Shown one piece after another: positions 43,305-54,940 of a stretch of 64,000 bases of DNA. The notes beneath the pieces were generated by a model. The model had not been told where the DNA came from, made no database searches, and saw nothing but the letters and a program-made list of their open reading frames with translations. The DNA is taken from positions 1-64,000 of the IMG/VR virus record IMGVR_UViG_3300031788_000005; one strand, written 5' to 3'. Numbering within the stretch: position 1 is the stretch's first letter; each line of letters begins with the position of its first letter. Position numbers and translations under genes: made by a program. The DNA is from a virus.

Positions 43305-44138
43305 TCATAATTTCTTAAAAGTAATTTTAGAGTCATTTGCTATTGGCGCATAACGATACGCCGTTGTATGAGGTGAATAAATAGTAATATCCTTAACATT
43401 AGCAAATCCAGCTAGGTGAGCTATTAAAGAGTCTGTCCCAATAAATCTGTCTGTTAATTTTAGTAACTCAATAATAACGCCAAGTGGTAATCCGAAATAA
43501 TATCTAGTTGAGAATATTGGGGCGTGAGACTTCTCTTCTTCTTTTGAGCCGACAACAATAGGATAAATTTTGTCTTTCAACCACAAGTTACTAATTACGT
43601 CGTTAATAATATTTTGACCCATTTTTCTTTTTTTACCTTTAGAAAATGGATGAATAACTGCAAAGGAGCCACGCAAATGATTTTTTATTTTTAAAGCCTG
43701 AACTTTATCTTCTAAAGAAGTATATAAATCGCAAGGATATTTATTTCTTGGAACCCCTAAATCATCGCAAATTCTTTCAATCTTATGTTGGGCGTTATAG
43801 GAATTGGTTAGGTTATAAAATATTTCTGGCATGGTTTGAATCTCAGAAAGGATTACTTCGTCATATCCAACCTGCTTCCATTTTTCTGCCAAAAATATCA
43901 TCTTTAAAAATCCAAAACCGAGATAATAAACAAAAGGATTCCAATATTTTGGATTTTTTCCAAAAAACGAATACACTTCATTAATATTGGGGTTTTCTTT
44001 AAAAATCCAGCGACAATCATCCAATACGAGAAGGTCAATTATGTCATTGGGATGCATTTCGCGATATTTTTTTAAAACACCCGTAAGCATGACACAATCA
44101 CCCATACCGTGAAGGAAAATTATTAAGGTTTTTTTCAT
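43305..44138 (-). CDS. GT9 (heptosyltransferase-like) glycosyltransferase
   Basis: HGMGDCVM...HP.D.ID; IHP; FIGTDS..AHLA. Confidence 0.85.
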   Translation of the reverse strand: MKKTLIIFLHGMGDCVMLTGVLKKYREMHPNDIIDLLVLDDCRWIFKENPNINEVYSFFGKNPKYWNPFVYYLGFGFLKMIFLAEKWKQVGYDEVILSEIQTMPEIFYNLTNSYNAQHKIERICDDLGVPRNKYPCDLYTSLEDKVQALKIKNHLRGSFAVIHPFSKGKKRKMGQNIINDVISNLWLKDKIYPIVVGSKEEEKSHAPIFSTRYYFGLPLGVIIELLKLTDRFIGTDSLIAHLAGFANVKDITIYSPHTTAYRYAPIANDSKITFKKL

Positions 44139-45320
44139 TTAATTTAACGGATTTTCTGGACACATTCATTTTCCCACGATTTCCACATTTTATCTGCTAT
44201 TTTTTTTTATCTCTTTAATAGGGACAATGTGTCCAGATGGGCGTTCTTTACCAATTACAAGTTTAAGTTTCTTTATCTTCACAGCTTATTTTCTTCCTTC
44301 GACGAGTCTAGTTCAAAAGTCACGGGGCCGACCTCAAGCTTGGCAAACATTTCTTTGGCTTTATCAGAAGCTCCTTGACTTGGTCGTAATAGGGCAGCTA
44401 ATTCCTTTGGATAGTCAAAATATAGGCAGAACGAATCCGTTCCAGCATATGACTTTCCTACCTGACGCTCTAGAGCCTTTCCGAACTCGCGGAGAGTAGC
44501 GAAATCTTTCTTCTCAAATGTTAATGTAACTTTCATGACTGATAATGTATACCATCCGTCGCGGGAATGCAAGCAGGAAATAGTTTATTTAAAATTTCTT
44601 TGTCTCTTTTTTCCTCTTCCAAAATTGATTTTTGTCTTTGTTTAAAATCTATATCGGACAGGGCATGACAAATCATTTTTTGTTCGGTGATACTCAAAGG
44701 ATTTATTTCAATTTCACTTATTTTTACATGTGAAAAATGTGAAAAATACTTTTTTCCTATTTCGTAAAAGCCCCAAATTAAATGATATTCTTTGCCGTTC
44801 ATTTTTGCTATCCCGTTATGACTGCCAGAGAAAGACCATTTGTCATGATTTTCAAGAGATAAATCATTTAAAATTTCCCTAGCGATACATCCAATTTTGG
44901 GAATTGGAGGCGGTGGGGGAAGTGCGTCTTCAACGCGTGCAACATAACTAAAAGGTTCATCCCATAGGAATGAAATACTACTCCATAATTTATTTAGTGA
45001 AACCATATTAGACCTTAATCTTTAATTTCCCCAATTCAAATGTCAAACCCTGCAAACGTTGGGTCTTTCGTTCGATTTCAGGTGCCAAGTCTTTGATTCG
45101 CTTGGCAAGACGGCGACAGCGACTAATTTTACGGTTTTGGATATGTGATACATTCATATTAAAATATTAGCTGATATTACCAACAAAGTCAAGTTATTTC
45201 TTCCGCGCCCCAATTTTCATCAATTTTTGCCATAAACTCTACAGAGACCAGTTCCATCGATACTTTATCGTTAAAGGCGTAATAATCTCCTAATTTAATC
45301 AATGTTTTAATGCGGGGTAT

Positions 45321-45785
45321 TTAATCTTGGATTTCGTCACTTTCTAATTCCTCTCCATTAGCATACGCTTTAGATTCAACTAAACAATAATGAAAATAGG
45401 AAGGTATATTATAAAGCATTTCTTCAAAAGTCTTGCCTCCCCACATTCCATTAAATAAGAAGAAAAAGCAACTAAAAAGCAATTTATGGAATAAACTGTT
45501 AGCCTTCATTGATTCCTGCGTTGGTTTTCCAGAGGAGGGGTCTATCTCCGTTAATGCCACTGTGCTATTCCACTGATATACAGTTTGTTTGGTTCTATCG
45601 TCCATACTGGGAAGTTGGGCAAAAAGATAGAAAGGAACTCCCGCTTTTAAAAGCGCGGTTGTGGCTTTCATGGCGGCTTCGAATTTTTTTCTTTCTAGTG
45701 GCAACAACGAATCAATGAAATTGTCACGTTCGACATTGATATCGTTTTGTTTAGCCTCTAATTGTTCTAGGTTAGGAAGTGACAT
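45321..45785 (-). CDS. hypothetical protein
   Basis: 154-aa ORF coupled to thyX. Confidence 0.6.
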   Translation of the reverse strand: MSLPNLEQLEAKQNDINVERDNFIDSLLPLERKKFEAAMKATTALLKAGVPFYLFAQLPSMDDRTKQTVYQWNSTVALTEIDPSSGKPTQESMKANSLFHKLLFSCFFFLFNGMWGGKTFEEMLYNIPSYFHYCLVESKAYANGEELESDEIQD

Positions 45786-46677
45786 TTGGTTTAAATTTTT
45801 GTATTACTCGCGGGTCAGAAAGATTTTCATTATCAAACATTTTTCTATATTGTTTGAACCCTCTATAATTACCACTCCAGTCTGAATTATTCTGCGCTTG
45901 GGCAACGTGTTCAGTTGGGGAAAGGTGTTTGGGATTTCCACCAAATAATCTATCACAAAGTTTTATGTCAGCTTCGTAGTCGTCTTTGCCTTCAAAATTA
46001 TTGTAACTGACGCGGGCGCAACGGGCGATAGCAATTTTCTTTTTTGCATCATCTACGGAAATCATATGCAACTGAGGATAAGTAGCTGCATCATTAAGAT
46101 ATTTATTAAAAAGTCTATCTTCATTAATTTTATCTCCAAATGGAATATGCCAATCCCCTTCATTCAGATATTTGGGTTCTGAAGCATTATAAGCTTCTAA
46201 CATCTTATAAGCCAATTCTGCAATATGAATTTCAGCGTCCTTATGGGCGCGTAGAGCAAAGAAATTTTCAAATTCAGTAGCCGAAAGGATGACCTTGTGC
46301 CACATAAATGGTTCTAGCAACCTATTTCGAAGTTGTTTGGTGACTGGAAATCTAAAATCTAGAGCAGCATCTACCGCTTTATCTCGTGCATTAAGCCAGT
46401 CTTGAATACATAACTTATCTTCATTAGCCTCATAATATTCAGTGCCCTGCATCCCCGAATGGTCTTTTTGAAACTTAGTTGGGATAAATGGGTCAGTTTT
46501 AGCTCTCTCTAACATTTTCTCAAATGGAATAGCGCGACTAGAGGCACTATTTTTTGAGAGTGACCTGTGAGTATTAAGCTCACTTAATATAATTCTAGGA
46601 AATTCAAGAACGAAAGTCGTTAGGCGATTTCCTACTGGGTTGAAACTATCAGCGATGATGGAGGCTTGGATTGGCAT
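45772..46677 (-). CDS. thyX: flavin-dependent thymidylate synthase
   Basis: PR.ILSELNTHRSLSKNSASSRAIP...NRLLEPF...NFFALR...ARCARVSY...HLSPTEH. Confidence 0.92.
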   Translation of the reverse strand: MPIQASIIADSFNPVGNRLTTFVLEFPRIILSELNTHRSLSKNSASSRAIPFEKMLERAKTDPFIPTKFQKDHSGMQGTEYYEANEDKLCIQDWLNARDKAVDAALDFRFPVTKQLRNRLLEPFMWHKVILSATEFENFFALRAHKDAEIHIAELAYKMLEAYNASEPKYLNEGDWHIPFGDKINEDRLFNKYLNDAATYPQLHMISVDDAKKKIAIARCARVSYNNFEGKDDYEADIKLCDRLFGGNPKHLSPTEHVAQAQNNSDWSGNYRGFKQYRKMFDNENLSDPRVIQKFKPNVTS

Positions 46678-47341
46678 ATTTATATATTATTTTGTATTTC
46701 TTATTTTGTCAAGGTTTTTATGTCATTGGATTCATTTTCTTAATAACATCCATAGTGGGATTTTCTTGGGCTTTGGCGGCGGATTTTCACTGTTTTATCA
46801 TTTTATCGGAAGGAGTAGTTATTATTTCTACTTTTGATAATTCCTCTTGTAATTTACCTTGCATTGCTGCGATAGGCCCATTGATAATAGCTGTAAGTTC
46901 TTTATCACTCAGGGGTTCACCAGATTGGGTATGATGGGCAAAAATACCGAACTTGTTTTTGGGTACAGGAAAGGTAACATTTTTATCCCAATTAATTTCG
47001 TCCCAATTATCTTGGACAGTTTTAAAACTTTCTTGGCGTCTTTTAGAACCTTTTGACATAATTTAGTGGGGTTTGGGTTCGGGTATTTCTCAATGCCGCG
47101 TATTCTGCTATTTTACGAGCCTTGAATTCCTCGGATTTTTTGATTTTTTTATCTGTTTCTTCTTTTATATCAAGAATGATTGCCTTATCAACGTTAAGTT
47201 CGAATTCTAAAACATCAGGACATCCATATTCATCATCAGGGACTTCGGTATAACCAAAACTTCCACCATAGACCCCCCTTACATGTTCGGTCATATTATC
47301 TGGCTTAATAAATGCCCATAAACGATTCAAAAGACTAGATT

Positions 47342-47965
47342 TCATAATGCGCTCCTATAAGTGGCGTAAGGATTTAACCAATAGGGGTTTATTTTTTTAA
47401 AACCTTCTTTAATAATATCCCAACATTCACCCACACTAACTGAATTATGTCGGTCAAACTCATTATCTGGTTGTTTGTCATATGGACACGCTATGTATAC
47501 TTCCTTATTAGTAACCTCAACCTTAGTCATTAACGTCATTACTAATCCTTCGGACAATGATTCGTGATAGGCTCCAGCCTCAAAAAAGTATTCATTCCAA
47601 ATTCTGTTTTCTGACTGTAGAACCATAAAGCAGCGCGAATTGTCTTTTTTAACTAAAACAGTGTTCCTACCAACTGTATGTTGCGGGTTATACAAATCCA
47701 TATCGCCCTTATCTGTGAAGAATGGAGCATATATTTTATTAACTAATTTGCCATTTCCGGCGATGACCCTACTTCTGAAAGAAAATCGATGGTTGTGAAT
47801 TTGGGTATTGACCTTCTGACATTGGAGACGCTGTTCCGGCCATACATTCAATCGTGTGTTAGGTTCAAAATCCAATTGAACGAAACCATTTCCATGATAG
47901 CGAGGAAGGATGTTTTCCTTTATGCAATTCAAATATAACTTATCAAATTCTAGAGTAATTTTCAT
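47342..47965 (-). CDS. cupin/double-stranded beta-helix protein
   Basis: HGNGFVQL...IHNHRFSFRSRV..G...YHE. Confidence 0.6.
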   Translation of the reverse strand: MKITLEFDKLYLNCIKENILPRYHGNGFVQLDFEPNTRLNVWPEQRLQCQKVNTQIHNHRFSFRSRVIAGNGKLVNKIYAPFFTDKGDMDLYNPQHTVGRNTVLVKKDNSRCFMVLQSENRIWNEYFFEAGAYHESLSEGLVMTLMTKVEVTNKEVYIACPYDKQPDNEFDRHNSVSVGECWDIIKEGFKKINPYWLNPYATYRSAL

Positions 47966-48753
47966 AGTTTATTTAAGTAATTCCGAAATAGTACTAGCGC
48001 ATTTCCAGCCATTAAGACACCAATTTCCTTGTTTATTTTCCCAAAATACACGCCTAAAACATTCAAAAGTAGTATCATAAAAAATCATCCTGCCTTCACC
48101 AATATCAGCTACAAATTCGCATGTTGATACAAGGTCTCCAGCCCAAATATCTTTAGTGACATCTCCTAGTTGAAATTTGGTTTGCATGTTTTACTTTTAA
48201 AGCCTATTCTTTCGGCCATTTCCACTGGATTTGCCCACCCAAAATCAACGCGAAATTTCTTACCTCGACTGATAAGATACTCTATAGCATTAACATATTC
48301 AGTTAGTTCTTCTTCTGTGAATATATAGGTCGCGGGATGATGGATTGCATATGCTGGTTTTTTAATCATATTAAAGTCCCTTGGGCAACGGACGTTTTGG
48401 AGCCTTCATACTAGATAGGAGGTCTTTTAAAAATCTCACAAACTGTCTATGATTGGTTATTGGCCTTCCATAGGTTGTACCACTCAAAAATTTATCATCT
48501 ACAAAGATATTAACCCTATGAGTATTAGCAAAAGGATTTGTATTCTTGTTGCCATTTTTCGCAAAAGAATTAATTCGGCGGCGGACTTGCAAAGCCGTCA
48601 AACCCTTTGGCACAATATAGGGACTATGAAACTGATGAAGATTTTCCATGTCGCGCTTTGTCTTAAAATATTCCTTTCGGAGATAAGTAAGCAAAACTGG
48701 ATTTTCTTTTAGCCAATTTTGGGTAGATGCTTCTAAATTTTCTAATGTTAGTT

Positions 48754-49524
48754 TCATAGGTCTGAGAATTTTTTAATTGTTAGTTTGTTATCTTTAATTA
48801 ATAAATATTGGTTAAGATGGCAGTCGATATCTATATTTTGCCAAATATTTTCATCAAACGAACCCTCGGTACTGTGGGGTAAAATATTAGTATGGGAACT
48901 ATGCCCAACTACCTGCGGAAGTCCTTCAATCGGTTCAAATTCCGTATCAAAATCCAACCAGTCCAATCCACCCACTGATTGACTACCTCCTCTACCATAT
49001 CCAGCGCGGTACATCCAATGTCTTCCATTAGCAGAAAGAGATATTTCGGCCTGTTCTACCTGTTCATCCAACCATTTAGAAAGACTTATTTTATCTAATT
49101 TTTGGTTTGGAGGAAGGAATGAGGGGTGAAGACCCGCGTGGGATAATAGCCGGTCGTCCAAAAACAAATACCACAAAAACTTTTCCCTGATTGCTGGCAT
49201 AAAAGACCCAAATTCTTTGGTAATTAACTTGTCCTTCCACCTATAATAACCACTACATTGAGTGTGCTGAGTATAACCCCACAAGTAACTTATATCGTGA
49301 TTGCCGATTGTGGTAAAGAAGTTTGGCTCAAACAAATACTTTTTGAGAAATTTACACGTTTTGATGGCGTCTTCTTCGCTATTATGACTAAAACTATCGA
49401 AAAAATCGCCGAGACAAACTACTTTATCGTAATTTTCACGCTTGAGAATTGTCTCTAGTTTATTAATCTCCTGATGCGGGTCGCTCAGGACAAGAATCGT
49501 CTGGTTTTTACTTGAAAGTTCCAT
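48754..49524 (-). CDS. calcineurin-like metallophosphoesterase
   Basis: DPH, GDFFD, GNHD, SHAG, QVVGHS. Confidence 0.9.
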   Translation of the reverse strand: MELSSKNQTILVLSDPHQEINKLETILKRENYDKVVCLGDFFDSFSHNSEEDAIKTCKFLKKYLFEPNFFTTIGNHDISYLWGYTQHTQCSGYYRWKDKLITKEFGSFMPAIREKFLWYLFLDDRLLSHAGLHPSFLPPNQKLDKISLSKWLDEQVEQAEISLSANGRHWMYRAGYGRGGSQSVGGLDWLDFDTEFEPIEGLPQVVGHSSHTNILPHSTEGSFDENIWQNIDIDCHLNQYLLIKDNKLTIKKFSDL

Positions 49525-49562
49525 CTTTTAATCTTAACAAAGTGTTAGAAAAAAGTCAAGCC

Positions 49563-49982
49563 TTAATAATCACCAAATTTAACGTCCGGTTGCGCGGCAA
49601 AACTTTCGGCTATTTCTTTTTCAAAAATCTTCTCGGCGGTTCTGCAAAGTTCACCTTGTTGTTTCATTCTTTTCCAATTTATGGAGTATTCGCTTTTTAG
49701 CAGCGATTCCTTCATATACCTCTTGAGCCAAATAATCTTTTCGTAGACCTTTTTTTCTTCTTCATTTAGATATTGGGGTATATAAGTTTTTGCCGTGTCA
49801 AAGTCAAAATGGTCAGCGCGGCATTCGTCGCAACTATGTCCATTACAAGAAGAACCATGGCACTTTTTGTCAGTACATCCAATAGTAAATACATCACAGA
49901 GGTCACAAAATCGAATAGGGTATTTGCCCTTCCACTTCTTACCACAGTCAAATATATCGTCTAGTAATTCTTCTTCGTTCAT
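49563..49982 (-). CDS. Cys-rich hypothetical protein
   Basis: CDLC...C...C...SSCNG..CDEC. Confidence 0.55.
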   Translation of the reverse strand: MNEEELLDDIFDCGKKWKGKYPIRFCDLCDVFTIGCTDKKCHGSSCNGHSCDECRADHFDFDTAKTYIPQYLNEEEKKVYEKIIWLKRYMKESLLKSEYSINWKRMKQQGELCRTAEKIFEKEIAESFAAQPDVKFGDY

Positions 49983-50585
49983 AATTAAGTTTTAGGTACC
50001 AATGCCAACTCTGTATTTTCGGGGAAAACATACCCACATCTTAGCAAATAGTCTTCCATTATTTCTATCATTTCTTGAAGGTTTTTCTCGTCTTCCACGA
50101 GGATTTCTACATCATAAGGGATTTTATCATCGAATTCCGATGGTTCGCTGCGATAACATAGTGCGTGTTTAATCATATTATTATTGTAGGTGTTAACTTG
50201 ATAATTGGCATAAAAATCACCCAAGGAACGGCATCATACGGTAAATATCGCCCCTGAAGAGTGGCTTCCCAATGTTCTTCTTCAATTTCTTTCATGCGAG
50301 TGAGAATATTATCAAATTCTACATCCTCATTCCACCATTGTAATGTCCCAGATGGTAGGGGTGTTGCTTCCAAAGGGATATTTTTTGGAATTTTATTATT
50401 GCGACAAATACGATATGTCAGTCGATATTTCATACAAATGCCGAAGCGATTAATAAAACTAGTCCTAGCAAACACGAGTAGGGAAATAGAAATCGGTTTT
50501 CTGAAATATTCATCAGTCCATCCTCTAATTGGAGATACTGTCGTTTCAGGTCTTGTAGGTCTTTAATCAGTTGGTTCATAAATTA

Positions 50586-51233
50586 TTAAGGTTCAAATTC
50601 TTTCTTTAAAATTTCATAGTCGCGCTTTCTTTCGGCTTTGGCATAATCATCTTTAGAAAGTCCCACTCCACCATCTTGAAGTCTTTCGCCATGATGGTCT
50701 ATAGGTTTCCAATTTTTCTTTTCCATTATCGCCGCGACTTGCTCAAAGCTAATAGGATAAAAGTTATGGCAGTCAACCCCCACATCAATCGCTCTAGCGT
50801 TGGGGTCGTCTGGCAAACTGCCGTGGCTATGAGCATAAAGATTATAGCTTCCATAATGACTGCGATTCCATACGCGAAAAGCGTAATGCGACAAAACGAT
50901 AAATTGACCGTTAATAGTAACTTCCGCGTAATCTCCTAAATAATTCACCTTATTAAGAACAACATGTTTGGCAAAATTTCTCAATGACTTGTCGTGATTA
51001 CCAAAAATAATATTAATGGTTCCATTAAGCCTAGATAAAAATCTAGCCACTTCTGATTCACCACCAAAGACAAAATCTCCTAAAAAAAATCCAACATCGT
51101 TAGGTGATACACGGCTATTCCAATTTGTGATAATAGTCTCATTCATTTCTTCGACATTCTTAAATGGACGCTTAGAATAGGTCAAAATATTAACATGGTT
51201 AAAATGAAAATCTGAACTAAAAAAATACTTCAT
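50586..51233 (-). CDS. calcineurin-like metallophosphoesterase
   Basis: SDFHFNH, LGDF, GNHD, LSHY, HSH, IDVGVD; start moved to MKYFF. Confidence 0.9.
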   Translation of the reverse strand: MKYFFSSDFHFNHVNILTYSKRPFKNVEEMNETIITNWNSRVSPNDVGFFLGDFVFGGESEVARFLSRLNGTINIIFGNHDKSLRNFAKHVVLNKVNYLGDYAEVTINGQFIVLSHYAFRVWNRSHYGSYNLYAHSHGSLPDDPNARAIDVGVDCHNFYPISFEQVAAIMEKKNWKPIDHHGERLQDGGVGLSKDDYAKAERKRDYEILKKEFEP

Positions 51234-51932
51234 ATTAAAATAATAATATACTTTTATTAACAAGTCAAGGATTTATTTTTACTTTATCTCCGTTTTTTAA
51301 TTCACTAATTTTGCAATAACGCTTATAAGGATTTACCCCGTGTTCCTCTTCACCCACGTCGGCGCGGTGCTCCCAATCATGCGGGCAATGGAATATAAAC
51401 TGCAACGTATTCCTGATATTAACAAAGAACGGGTTAGTTTCTTTGGCTGAATAAATCCATTTTATGAGTTTATTTTTCATGCTGAAGTCATTACTAAGCC
51501 CATATTTTTAGCACTAGAGATTTCTATTGGAGTAAAAAATGCTCTATCTCGGTCAAACAAAACTTCTCTTCCCCAATATACCTTATCAGCTAGATATGTT
51601 TTAGAATATCTCAATTTTTTCCTTCTTGGCATAGCTTCCATGTAGTTTTTACGCTTAACAAACTTAATTCTACAACCCATTAACGAAGGAGTAAAGTTAT
51701 TAGTATATCTAATATAAGCTTGAGGTATTTTATTAATATCATCTGAGAATTCGTGGCTCATAGAGACGGATTCAGGACTTTTCCCATTTTTATCGTAATA
51801 TTTGTTAATTGTCCAATTTAATCTTCGCAGTAAATCTGACATATAACCAATATTATCTCACATTTCAAAATTTGTCAACTATTTTCTTTTTTTCTTACAA
51901 TAATTCTATATAATAAATTGATTAAAAAATTT

Positions 51933-52694
51933 ATGCAATATATGAACCCAAATACCACCCCTAACCTCTTTGAACGGGATAAACAGAAACTCGAAATTAT
52001 TACAATCTCGGTGGGATTTGATGATATTTTAGATGTTACAATTAGTGAGAATCATACTCAGTGTGACCATCTAATTATTGTTACAACACACGAAGATAAA
52101 GCCACCCAATCAGTTTGTAGGAAACATGGAGTAACTTGCGTACCAACTGATGTAATTAATCCTTCACCAAATGAGTTTAGGAAAGGAGCCGGAATAAATA
52201 GAGGATTTGACTTTTTGAGATATTACGGATGGAGACTTTACTTGGACGCAGATATCTTTCTTCATAATAATTTTAATAGAATATTATTTAATCATACTTA
52301 TTTGGATGAATCTGTCCTTTATGGATGCGACCGTATTAACGTTTCTGGGTTAAAAGAATTCGAAGATATTAAAAAACGCCTAGACAATAATCCTCAACAT
52401 GCGTATGGTTATTTAATTAATCCAAGTCATGGTGGAACTTTTGGAAGTCGTTATGTTGATGGTTACGATTTATTTTGTCCTATTGGGGCATTTCAACTTT
52501 GGCACGCGAGTCAGCAGAAGCCATATCCATCTTCAAAAAATGAAGCAAGTCATGATGATGTAAGTTGGGCTAAACTTTGGCCCAGAAGCAAAAGGCAATT
52601 ATTGCCTAGCACATTTGTTTATCACCTCGTACCAGAAGGAGAAGTGGTTTTTGGAGCAAATTGGAAGGGTAGGACACAACCCCGAATAAAATAA
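51933..52694 (+). CDS. GT-A fold glycosyltransferase-like protein
   Basis: FRKGAGIN.G...YLDADI...GAFQLWH...DD..WA. Confidence 0.7.
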   Translation: MQYMNPNTTPNLFERDKQKLEIITISVGFDDILDVTISENHTQCDHLIIVTTHEDKATQSVCRKHGVTCVPTDVINPSPNEFRKGAGINRGFDFLRYYGWRLYLDADIFLHNNFNRILFNHTYLDESVLYGCDRINVSGLKEFEDIKKRLDNNPQHAYGYLINPSHGGTFGSRYVDGYDLFCPIGAFQLWHASQQKPYPSSKNEASHDDVSWAKLWPRSKRQLLPSTFVYHLVPEGEVVFGANWKGRTQPRIK

Positions 52695-53103
52695 TTTTGT
52701 TATATTTTCCTTAAAAGTTCCGCTGCTGCTCTACGGCTTATATCAAAATTTGCCGCTACTTCGCTGGCAGAAGCTCGATTAATAAATTCTGTTTTAGATA
52801 TCAATTCGCTATTAAATTGCTTCTCATTAGACCAACCTTTTGGATTAATAATACGTAGACCGAGTTTTTCGGCCCAATCTTTGCCAGTTTTTTTTGTACG
52901 ACTCATAAAAAAGGGGTTAGAATTAATCTTCTTCTCTGATATATTCTGCAAGTTTTTTAGCCGCTTCGACATATGCCACGCGAAGTTTGTGAAATTCAGG
53001 GTCTTTTATCTCTTCAAACCTAGAATAATGCCTAAAAGCATAATCAAAGCCTTCATTATCAACACATTCTTGAATAAATTTTAAGTTTTTTGCATTCATA
53101 TTA

Positions 53104-53367
53104 TTGAATATAGAGAATTTTTCGGGGTTTGTCAAGAATTATTTAAATTTTAAACAATGGGCCATTTCCCATGGATATAAAGAAGGTTTAAGTATAGAAA
53201 GAATCAACCCAGATGGAAATTATTGTCCAGAAAATTGCGAATGGATAACTAAATCTGAAAATTCAAGTAGAGTTACGTCAGGTAGAGACGCAAAAATCCA
53301 TTTTTTAACTGAAGAAAATATTCAATTAAAAAATAGGATAAAAGAATTAGAATTATTACTTAGGTAA
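53104..53367 (+). pseudogene. HNH endonuclease C-terminal fragment
   Basis: F..WA..HGY..GLSIERINPDGNYCPENC.W.T..EN; no credible start. Confidence 0.6.
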
Positions 53368-53991
53368 AAAATAAAACCAATCGACGTGAGCCGCGTTTTT
53401 TACCGCATATGAGGCGGGAATAGGTCTAGGCTCCTGATGAAAAAACAGGGGAACTAACCCCACGTCTTCTAATTTTTTATTTCCGCGCTTGCTATTGATA
53501 TCTTTATTCACGAGCATTAAATTTTCAAAATTACTTTTGCCTCCATGGGAGCGGGCAATTTTGTGTTCTATGTTAAGTTTGGAATACGGCAGACGAACCC
53601 CGCTATAACCACAGATTCCTTTTTGTTTTTCAAAAAGCACTGTTTTCGTAGGGCGAAATTTCCGAAGAGGCATTTTTGAATAGGACGTAACAATAATCGA
53701 GGGCGACCTTATTTGTATTTTCGCGCCGTGAATAACTTGGTCTATTCCGTTACGGATAGGTACTTCTAACCATTCTTCAAAAGAACAAGCTTTAAAACCA
53801 ATAACATTATCAAAATCCCAAGACCCATCTTCTTTTTTGCCATATTCAATATTAATGGCTTTGGCAGCAGGACGTTCTCCATCCGAAGAACTATTCATTG
53901 CAACCACGGCTTGGCGCGGACTAGTTTGGCCAATAATTTGATACAACGCGTTCAAGACCAGTGTGCTGGATTTATTTAAAAAATCACTCAT
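53356..53991 (-). CDS. HNH endonuclease (McrA-like)
   Basis: LVLNA.Y...ICGYSG...NIEH.I.RSHGG..NFENL...N.K.GNK. Confidence 0.85.
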   Translation of the reverse strand: MSDFLNKSSTLVLNALYQIIGQTSPRQAVVAMNSSSDGERPAAKAINIEYGKKEDGSWDFDNVIGFKACSFEEWLEVPIRNGIDQVIHGAKIQIRSPSIIVTSYSKMPLRKFRPTKTVLFEKQKGICGYSGVRLPYSKLNIEHKIARSHGGKSNFENLMLVNKDINSKRGNKKLEDVGLVPLFFHQEPRPIPASYAVKNAAHVDWFYFLPK

Positions 53992-54036
53992 ATTCTTTTA
54001 ATAATAAATTATTTTTACCCATTTGTCAATACCAAG

Positions 54037-54043
54037 GTGTAAT
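54037..54043 (+). promoter_or_regulatory. putative late promoter GTGTAAT
   Basis: Same motif 7-11 nt upstream of starts at 54051, 58428, 60040, 54922 and 20494. Confidence 0.5.
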
Positions 54044-54050
54044 TATTTTC

Positions 54051-54860
54051 ATGAATATTCACGCTCACCCAACGAAGAAAATTGGCGTTTTGCCTCGTCC
54101 AGCACACGTTAAAACCTGTAAATTAGCCAATTATTTAAATATTGGGATGATTCCAACTCCCCCCGCATCTTATGATTGGGGTACGACCGCTCCAAATTCT
54201 CTTCAAATGTTCATGAATGATTCCATAGGTGACTGCGCGGTAGCAGCTTATCTTCATCACAAAGAAACAGTTTTGCAAACTGCTGGTTTGGGAGTTTCAT
54301 TTCTTGACCCTGTTGCTTTGGAAGTTTATGAATGGGCAACAGCCGATGAAAATGGCGGACAAGGATATAATCCAAAAGCAGGTTCTGGCGATAATAATCC
54401 AACCGATACTGGTTTAGTACTAGTGAGTTTTTTGGAAGATTTAAGGACTCGTGGATTGATTTATGCTCATGCCGAAGTTAATTTAAATAATGCCAAAGAA
54501 GTTGCAGCCGCGCAATATTTATTTGGTGGACTTTATGTGGGAGTTGCACTTCCTGTTTTTGTTCAAAATCTTCAGAATCTTTGGTATATTCCAACCACCG
54601 CTCAAAACTTAGGAGACCCAACAAAAGGAAGTTGGGGCGGGCATTGCATTTATACTCGTGGAATTACGCCAACGACTGGAAATACTATTTTAACGAGTTG
54701 GGGAGAAACTATTCAAGCAACTCCACAATGGATGCAAACTTATCAGGATGAGGCTCATATTATTGTTCATAAGCATTCAGCCGCAGCTTTTGATAAATTA
54801 GCTAGTGCTAATTTTGGAATTAATGACCTTATTGCCGACCTAAATGAAATAAAAAAATAA
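54051..54860 (+). CDS. papain-like cysteine peptidase
   Basis: ND.IGDC..A...GSWGGHC...TSWG. Confidence 0.7.
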   Translation: MNIHAHPTKKIGVLPRPAHVKTCKLANYLNIGMIPTPPASYDWGTTAPNSLQMFMNDSIGDCAVAAYLHHKETVLQTAGLGVSFLDPVALEVYEWATADENGGQGYNPKAGSGDNNPTDTGLVLVSFLEDLRTRGLIYAHAEVNLNNAKEVAAAQYLFGGLYVGVALPVFVQNLQNLWYIPTTAQNLGDPTKGSWGGHCIYTRGITPTTGNTILTSWGETIQATPQWMQTYQDEAHIIVHKHSAAAFDKLASANFGINDLIADLNEIKK

Positions 54861-54874
54861 TTAGATATTTCTAC

Positions 54875-54922
54875 TTAAATTTTATTATTTATTAAATTGG
54901 TAATAGAGTATATTCCAGTCAT
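54875..54922 (-). pseudogene. GIY-YIG endonuclease N-terminal relic
   Basis: MTGIYSITNLINNKI*VEIS: stop where the Y of YIG is expected. Confidence 0.6.
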
Positions 54923-54940
54923 ATACTATATTACACTGTT

